DNA of 64,000 nucleotides from Elusimicrobiota bacterium (GTDB lineage Bacteria; Elusimicrobiota; Elusimicrobia; JACQPE01): NCBI GenBank assembly GCA_016180815.1, contig JACPAN010000013.1, positions 54,939 to 118,938 of the forward strand, read 5' to 3'. Shown piece by piece: positions 30,301 to 39,300 of this stretch (position 1 is its first letter; each line of letters starts with the position of its first letter). The notes under the pieces were generated by a model. It saw only the letters and a program-made list of their open reading frames with translations, ran no database searches and was not told where the DNA came from. The position numbers and the translations under genes were made by a program.

Positions 30301-33300
30301 AAACTTTCAGGAAAAATTAAAGCCTGGCATACCTTTGAGGCGCTGCAAACAGAGTTAAAGGCGTTGTGGCTGGGCTTGTCGGGCGAAGATACGCTGGCGC
30401 CTGAGACGGCCAAAAAAGTGACGCAACTCCAGGCTTGTCAGAACCTGAGCCAGGTGGAGACGATCCACAGCCTGATCAACTATCTTCATATTCGCAGCTT
30501 CGCCGAACTAGGTAGAGCGGCCATAAACTCCAAAGCCCATGGAAACATCAACATCGGACCAGGGACATCATTAATGTACACCAACCTCGACACGGAGCCT
30601 TTAGCACGAGGAGACCGGATAAGAAACGGGATGCTCAATAAAATTTTGCCGGCCCTTTATAACACGGCCAACCCTGCCCGAGGGAACCTGATTATTAAAG
30701 GCGATCAAATCTGGTTTCATAGCAGCCTGGGCTCGCATACTATGGAAATTTACCTTAAGACGGCTGACCCGGACGAAGGGGGCGCCGTCGAGGTCAGGTA
30801 CGCCGAAGGGGGCATGGACGAGGGCAACCAGTCTCGCCTGGTTTACGTTGAAACGGTTTTAAAGGAACTCGGCTTTCACACTGAAATCCACGGCGGCATG
30901 TACTTGAACGCCGCCTTAGACAAGGACCACGGGTTAAACGGCAAAGCCCAAATCGAAAATACGGTTCCCAAATTTCTGCGCTCCCTTTACTACACCGGGA
31001 ATATGGATTGGGGCCTGCAGGCTGCCGGCAAGGCCTACGGGCTTGAGCGCGCCAAGGAAATCGCGGCTGATATGGGCAGGATTTATTTGGCCGAAGGGTA
31101 TCTTCCTTTTTACGTGAGGGGCGGCCAGGATCTTTCTTTGGTCCAAGGCTATGAGAAATACCTTAAGAACCGCAATGACAACCAAGAGGTGACTATTAAA
31201 AAAGGCTCTCTATTCGGGAAAAAGATCGATTTAAGGGACGTTCTTAATGCGGAACTCGACAGGCTCGGCTTACCCGCCATCCCCGGCAATATCCTCTTTG
31301 GCCAGGCTGTTATTGACGAGTTTTTCACAAGGCCGGTCGAAGAGGGCTTGGCCAGGGGAGAATTCAACGGGATCAGCAAGTTAAAAGAGCCTATCCGCCT
31401 GCATGCCTACCAACCCGTTTCTGACTTGGCTTATTATGCTTTGCGTGAATACAATGAAATGCTGTTGATGGGGGCGTCGCTCAGGCAGGCGGAGAATGAG
31501 TTTTCTTTCGTGCCCGTCGGGTCCGTGGGCCGTCTAAGGGCCGAACGGGCGCAGATTAAATTTCCCGACAGCCAGTGGCTCACGGTCTACGGTTTGCGCG
31601 ATCCGGAAACAGGGCGGCTTTATTACGCCCGCGCGCAAACGTACGATCCGGCAATGGAAAAACATGAAACGCTGGACTTTAAGACGCTTGATCTCTTGAT
31701 GCGCCAGAAAGGCCTGTTGAATTTTGGGAATTCCTTACTTAGTTTGTCCCCGGAATTGCCAGGCCGGCGCGAGACTGATTTAGTCAGAGAACAACTCAAA
31801 GCCGCGCCTCAAATAGAAACTCTACGTGACACCGCGCGAGGCTTGGCCGCTTCGCCCGGACGAGGGGGTCCCCTGCGCGGCCAGGCGACTTTTGTCAAAG
31901 GGATCTCCGCCGGGCACAAGGTCTTGATCGCCGCCTACACCACTCCCGATGATCTTGAAACCATGACAATGGCCGACGCCGTCATCACCACGGGCGGAGG
32001 GTTGTTGAGTCACGCCGGAATCACTACGCGGGAGATGGGTAAGCCCGCCGTTATTTTGCCCCAGGCGCAATGGAAGAAAGAAGCCTCCGGCAAGTCCTAT
32101 CTGGAGATCAGCCTCCTGTCTCCCTCCGCCCCCAGGCAAAATCAAACGGGTCTTTGGATCGGCGAGAAGATTGAAACCAAAACCATTGAAATTCATGAAG
32201 GGGACTGGGTTTGGGTGGATGGCACAGAGGGTCTTGTCGCCCTCGGAGACGGCCGGGAACTTTTAGAAAAGCGCCCTGGGGCCGGCTCTTCGATAATCAC
32301 CAACGCCAGGCGCCGCGGCCTCAAGGCGGCGGAGATTTCAGGCATCGAGCGCAACCTAACGGCTGGAAAAAAGGCCGAGTTGGCCAAAGCCGCGCCCGCC
32401 CTTTTGCCCCTGGGCCTTGTTGATGACGATTATGTCGAACTGGTTGGAGGCAAAGCCGCTAAATTGGGGGCTATATTGGGCGTCGTGCGAAAAATGGGCG
32501 GGTCTGTCCCCGAGGGCATCGTTTTGACCACGCAAGCGTTTCTCGAATATCTCGACTCAAGCGGCAAGATGCCTGAGTTCGAAAAGTTATCAACCGATCT
32601 TGACGCCATTGTTTCCATGCCGGACTCGACTCTTAAAACAAAAAGATTGGAATCGCAAACGCGGCTCATGCGGGACCTTTTCGGGTTTCAAAGAGATCGG
32701 CCAGTTTCCTACTTTTACCAACAAGTTCTCCGGGGCATTCAAGCGCATGGGTTGGGAGGCGGGCCCCTGGCCGTGCGCTCCTCGGCCGTCCAGGAAGACA
32801 CGCAGGAAGCCGCTTTTGCGGGGGCGGCCGAGACGCATCTTTATGTCCACCCGGAGGATCTGTATGAAAAAATCCTTGCCACCTGGGGGTCCTTCTGGCT
32901 GACGCGCTCCGTGATGTACCGCCAGGGACGCGGTATCAAAGAAGGGGATGTGCGCCCGGCCGTTTTGATTCAAAAGATGGCCAACCCGCAATCGGCAGGC
33001 GTGGTATTCACCGTCAACCCCGTGACGGGAACCGATGAAATCGTGATCAATGCGGCTTTTGGGCTTGGGGAAGGAATCGTCTCCGGCCGGGTTCAGGCTG
33101 ACCAATTTGTGGTGAAAAAATCAAACGGCGAATTGGCTCGATTGCCTTTAATCGCAACAAAAAAAATCAAGATAGGGCCGGCTCCTTCGGCCGCAGGAAC
33201 AGCGGAAATCCGCGTCGCTAGAAACGACCAAACAAAGGCGTCATTGGACGAATTCCAAATCCGGAAATTAGCCGAAATGGCCAAGGCGCTTGAGGATTAT

Positions 33301-36300
33301 TTTGGATACCCCCTTGATATTGAATTTGCCATCGAGGAGGGAAAAATCATCATCCTGCAGGCCCGCCCCGTCACCGCCCAATTAAAATCCGAGGATGAGG
33401 TTTCCGTAGGGCCGGCCGCCCGGAGGACTCAAAAAAAACAGCGCGGTTTTGCGCTCTTAGGCAGTATGGTTGCGGCTGGGGTCTTGGGGCTTTCGGCTAC
33501 GCTTGCCTCGCCCATGATTTTCGGCAACCCATCGCTATTCTGGCCTGTTTTGATTGCCTTGGGACTGTTCGCTTTAGGAACGGTTATCACCAAATCAGAA
33601 TTAACCGGCTGGGAACATTTTTTGACAAAAAATCCTTGGAGTCCCCAATTGCGCTTGGCGGGCGAATATTATGACGGGAGCACGCTCTGGCAGCTCGAAA
33701 TCGAAGTCGCAAGCTTCGCGCAAGATATTTGGCGCTTCAAAGAAACACTCGAGCGAACCTTTCCCAAATACCGCCAACCGGTTGACTCTTCCTCCCCTGG
33801 CAGCATCATTTCCTTTCTTCTGCCGCCCTTTGACGAACTTAAAACGAAAACTCGCGCTAACACCGGTTACGAGTTGTTGCTTGTCAATGATATCCCAACG
33901 CTTCAAGAAGAACTCGAGTATTTGCGAAATAAACAATACCCCGTAACGAGCGTCGTAACGCTGATCAACCGCTGGCCCGGCCTGATGTTGCGTCAAGCGA
34001 ATCAAGTAGCTCAAGGCATCAGGATTTTGAACGAACTATTCGACCACTTAAATCTTAAGGAACTCGATCGCCCGACTTCTATCTTACGGGCCATCCATAA
34101 CGCGTTGTACGCTCCCGGAGCGAATTTTGCCTACGAATTTACGCGGGCTGTTTACACTGAGCTCAGGCCTATTCTTAAAATGACTCCCTTGGAACAACGG
34201 CAGTTGGCCAAGTGGGTTCATTCAAAAGGCGAATTTGGCCGGGAGCTGGCCAAACTTTTGGGTTACAACCCTATCGGCAGTTCTCCCACATACGATAATG
34301 CCCCGGTCCAGCCCGGCCGGGAGGTTCCCGCCGATGCGGCCAATCCTTCAGCCCTCCTGAGGGAATCCTCAAGACCGATCAACGAAGAATGGATGGAGGA
34401 GGATAACGCTTTCGAGATGGATGTTTACAGTTGGAATTTTAGATGGGAGGCCATCCCCGCAAACTTCGCCGCTGATTTGCAGGAACGCCGCGCCAGACGG
34501 GATGATTTGGCTCTGGCCGAGGCGTTTTTTAAATCACTCCCCGGTGGTTTTTTAGGGGATGAAGACTTAAGTTACTACTACTACGCCGATGGTTCCCGTT
34601 CGCGCATGGCTCTTTACCGCGACCAAAGAGCTTTCAGCAAAGAAGAAAAAGAAAAGCTGGAACAAATTTTAAGCTCTGAGAACCCGCAGGCCCAGGCATT
34701 GGCATCCGGCCTGAAGGCTCGGGGCTTAACCATAAAATACGGTTCCGATCGAAACGCTTACAAGGGCAAGGGGGCCATTGTCTGGCTTGAGATTCCAAAA
34801 CAAGCAAATCCAACGGGCCCCGATCCGGCAGGGGAGATACAGAACCCCAGGCCGCTACTTCCAGTCATTGCGAGCCCGCCAAAGGCGGGTGTGGCAATCC
34901 CAGGAGCGCTTGAGATTGCTTCGCCCGTGGCTCGCAATGACAAACCTGGGGAAATTCCACAGGAGATAGCCCCTCCAATAGCGCCGCTCGCGAAAAAAAA
35001 GGGAATGCCGCTTGACCCGGATGTTATCGAAGGATTAAAAAAACCAAGTGGCGACAGGGGCATGGCCCTGCTGGGGACGCTGGCTGCTGTTGCGGTTACG
35101 GCATCGGTCGTTCCGTTTGCGGCAGTCCTGTCTGAAGCGGCAGGCCGGCCCTGGGGCATGGGTTTAATGGCCCTTATGCTGGGTCTTGGAGCAGTGATTG
35201 GGGCCATTGTTCGTTTATCGGATGGAAGCCCAACGCCTCAGCGCATCGCTAATTTTCGAGGAGCAGTCGTTGTCGTCAAAACTGAAATAGCCGTGGACAG
35301 ATTAGCCGAGGCCCTCCAAACGATTAAAAATGATTTGGAAACCTGGCCCAATCATCATGAATTTCTATCCGTCGTTGATGATTTTCAATTTCGTGACAGG
35401 CTGGATCTTTTAATTCATGGAGCTTGGGCGATAACTGACAGGAAAGAGGAAATCCAAAAAATGGCGGTTGAACTTTTTGAACAGTTCGAAGCCGTTTTGC
35501 CCTATCGGGAGCTTGAGGCAAGGTTCACGCAAGAAACAAGGCGGCAAGAGGAACGCGCCAGGGAAGAGAATGAGCGCCAAGGAGAAAGAGTGAGAGAGGC
35601 GCGGATCAGAGAGGCCAGAGAAAAATTTTCTTCTTGGCAAGAAAACTTTCTTGGGGCCCGTAAAAAAAGGGAAATTCTGCTTACGCTTGAGAAACTTAAC
35701 GCGATTGTTACCGACTGGAACTTTGGCAACCCGATGGGTTGGGGAGTCGCCAAACAGATGATATCAGCGCGCGCCATGCGTAAATTAAAACGTTTGGCCG
35801 AGGCCAAAACACCATTTTTGAGCTTGAGTAAAAGCGAAGCGAAGATCAAGGAATTGGCTCAAAAATATTACACTTTGCTCGCCGGGACGTCTGCCGCAAG
35901 CACAGCCCTGGCGCCGGTGAACCCTCACCCTACCCTCTCCAGGACGCTTATTCTTCCTGAAGAGCAGGGGCGGGATTCCGCGTCTGTCGCCCAAACAGCC
36001 TTGGTCAGGCTTTCGGATTTTACCGGCGGCACCCAAACGCGTCAAGTGCAGCTTTGGCAGGAGGCCCAAAAATTCGTGTCCGATGTTTATGAGGCAAATG
36101 AGTGGAGAAGAGAAACGCTCATCGTCGGCGCTGTAACAGGTTTAGCCTCGATTGTGACGATAAGTGCAGCTTCGATTTTCTGGATTTTCGCCCCATTGGG
36201 CTTGTTTGGATTCATTTTAGGCGCCGGCCTCATGGCGATTTCTCCCAAGATGATGAGTTTGTCGCCCCTGTGGAACGGCATGAAGGCGCTTCATGAACTT

Positions 36301-39300
36301 GATCCAGCCAATTACCGACGACTGCTTTACGCCGTCTTAGATAAGGAACTCACCAAATACGAAGATGATACCGGCGACCTTGTCCTGGCTATGCTCAAGC
36401 AATGGGAGGAGCAAGCCGGGGACTTGCCTCTTGAGGAAACCGTCAGCGTCTTGACCGCCTTAATGGAGAAATATCCCGCAGCCAAAAAAATGAGAAAGAA
36501 AATCGTCAAAGCTCTGGCCAAGCTTGGCGCGGATCCGATTGAACCTTATGACCCTGAAAAAGACGACCCTTATTTACAGGCGGCCATCCATGAAGTTGAG
36601 TCAGACAGGCAGCCATCTCAAATGACGGCTGAGGAATTAAAGGCCGCCATTGACAGGCTCCATGAACGTCAACATGCGGTAAACCCGCTCCTTCTTGCCT
36701 CTCCCCTTGAGGGAGAGGCCGCGCCCGGCGCGGGTGAGGGGTCCGTCTCGAATTCGGGGGGCACCATACTTAATTCAGGTCTGGATTCCCGCTTTCGCGG
36801 GAATGACGACGGGGAGAACGGGGAAAGGGGCATGGCGCTTTTGGGGAGCATGATCGTTGCAGGATTGGCGGGGTTGGGTTCGATGGTTTTGGTCAAAGGC
36901 GGTTTGGGTTTTGGGGGACTGATTCTGGCCGCTGGCGCGGCGGCATTGGTGGCGGGGATGGCCTTGTTGGGTAGGGGAAATGGTGAAAAAAATCACGCGG
37001 TTTTTGCCCTAAGGTTTTTCTTTACGCCCACGCAAAAAGGGGACGGGCCTTTTGAAAAAGAGGTATTGGGGCCTGTCGGCGCGCAGGCCCTGGGTTATGA
37101 CGCGCACCAAGGCTTTTTGGTTTCCGTGCCCCAGGATAAAGTTGAGGACTTTTTATCCCGGCTCAAGAGCCGGGGACGCGGCGCCGTTGCCGTTTCCAAG
37201 GAAACTTTGCAAAAACGCGAAACCATTAAAATGGACCTGCCCACCCTGCGCTATTGGGTTTATCAAGCCGAAAATCAAGGTAAGAAAGAAATTTCCCTGG
37301 TTCAAGCCAGGTCCATTTCTGTCATTCCGGCGCAAGCCGGAATCCAGGACTCACTCGGACAGCAAAGGGCCTGGATGCCGGATCAAGTCCGGCATGACGG
37401 CTTTTCGAGCAGAACCTACATCAAATTGCCGACAAGGCTTTACGAAGATTTGACGGATGGCCATGATATTGAGCCCATGCTGACCTTTGACAATAACAAT
37501 GAGGCCGTTCATTTAAAACATCTTGGCTATTCTCTTGACGGGTATTCCATTCTCAGCATTGTAACGGGACAACCGGAAGAAGCCTTGGCCTCGACCCGCG
37601 AGAACGCCCAAGCAAGGGGTGTTGCGGAAAAAGACATCGCCCAAATTACACTGGAGTCCGGGCGGATTTTCAAAACGGAAATTCCCTTGGGACCCCAAAT
37701 AATGATGAAAGTTAAAAACGAAACGATCATCGCATCGCAGTTGGCGCATTTGATTTTAAATTTTGAGGATAAAAGGGATTCTATTTTACTTTCAGTTGAT
37801 GAATTTAAAGAAATCTCAATCCCTAAGCCCAGGCGCGCCTGGCTGCAATGGCTTGACCCAGCCGGGACAGCTTCTTCCATCGCCGCCTTGGGCGCCACCC
37901 TGTTGGCTCCTCTTCTCATGGGCATGGCTCCGACGGGAGGGGGTTCGGGTTTGGGTCTCTTGTTATTCCTTGGGCTCGGGGCCGTTGGCCTGGGAATCGC
38001 GCTTTTTGAAAACTGGCCGGTCAGATTTCCCCGCACTTTCGATAAAAGCGACGGCTACTTTAATGCCGCACCGGGCGCAGGAGCAGTTCCAAAAGATCAT
38101 GAACCATTCGTCGCGGTAAAAAACCCCCATACTTTCGCCGACAATGCCAGGCTTAAGGAAGGGACGCCGTTTCATGGCCGCTCGGTATGGGATTACTCAA
38201 TTCCTTTGAATCAGGACATCAAGCTTGTCTATGCCCAAAATGCTCCCATGGCTGCCTGGACCGACGGCAAAGCGCTTTGGGTCGCGAATTTAAGAAACGG
38301 AGACATTCTAGTGGACGGTGGCATCAAAACGGATCAAACCATCCAAGAGATCGCTTTTTCTCCTGATGGCGGGAAACTGGCTTTTGCCATTAACGACACC
38401 TCGGTTAACAAAACGCAGATCCATATTGTTTCGTTTGAAGAGCGGACTTTTTGTTGGCTTACGACCATAAGGGGCGGTTTTACCAAAGGCCTCGCCTATG
38501 ACGACAAAGGCAAAATTTTGGCGGCGGTCACGACGGTTGACGGCTACGATAAGGTCACTCTCTGGGATGTCGAAAGAGGCGCCTTGGATCGCATAAGCCT
38601 ACCTGCCAAAGCGGCGCCCGCCAATGCCATTAAACACTGGAAAGGCGAAAGTTTTATTCTAACGGGGGATGGGGACAAGGCGGATATCATGGTTCTTGAG
38701 CCAACATTTACGTCTGACCAAGCATGGTTAAAAGCGTGGAAAAAACCAAGAGGAAAAATTGAGCCGGCGATCGTCATGCCTATACCCGCAATTCAAAAGA
38801 TTTTTATATCCGATCGAGATGGCCGGCTCTATGTCGCCGATTTGTTCTCAAACCAAATAAAAATTATGAAAGAACCAAAAGACGACACCCGCCGCCTAAT
38901 GGCCCTGGGCTATAGAACCGATCAAGGAAATTACATGTGGCTGAAAGAACAAGAGGCTTACCAGCTCAACGACAGCGCCTTTGGCGCTTCAGACCATCCA
39001 ATCGCTCAAGTGCGTTTCATTGACCCTGAACACCGTCTTGATCACGCGGGCCAATTCATCGCCCTTCAACCGGAAGGCAAATCCCTTGCTTTTGTTCGCG
39101 AGGGGACTCTTCACATAGTTCAATGGGAAGGCTATGGGATTGCAGCCGTCCCTCCGGTTGAGAAACCTACGGCTCAACCTGTTCAAGAAGCGCCGCCGTC
39201 TTGGCAAGTCCAACGCGAGGAAATCGCCGGCCGCATGGATATTTTCGACATCCGCGCGGTTGTCGCCAGATTGGCTGCTTGGCGGCAGGGGAACACTCTG

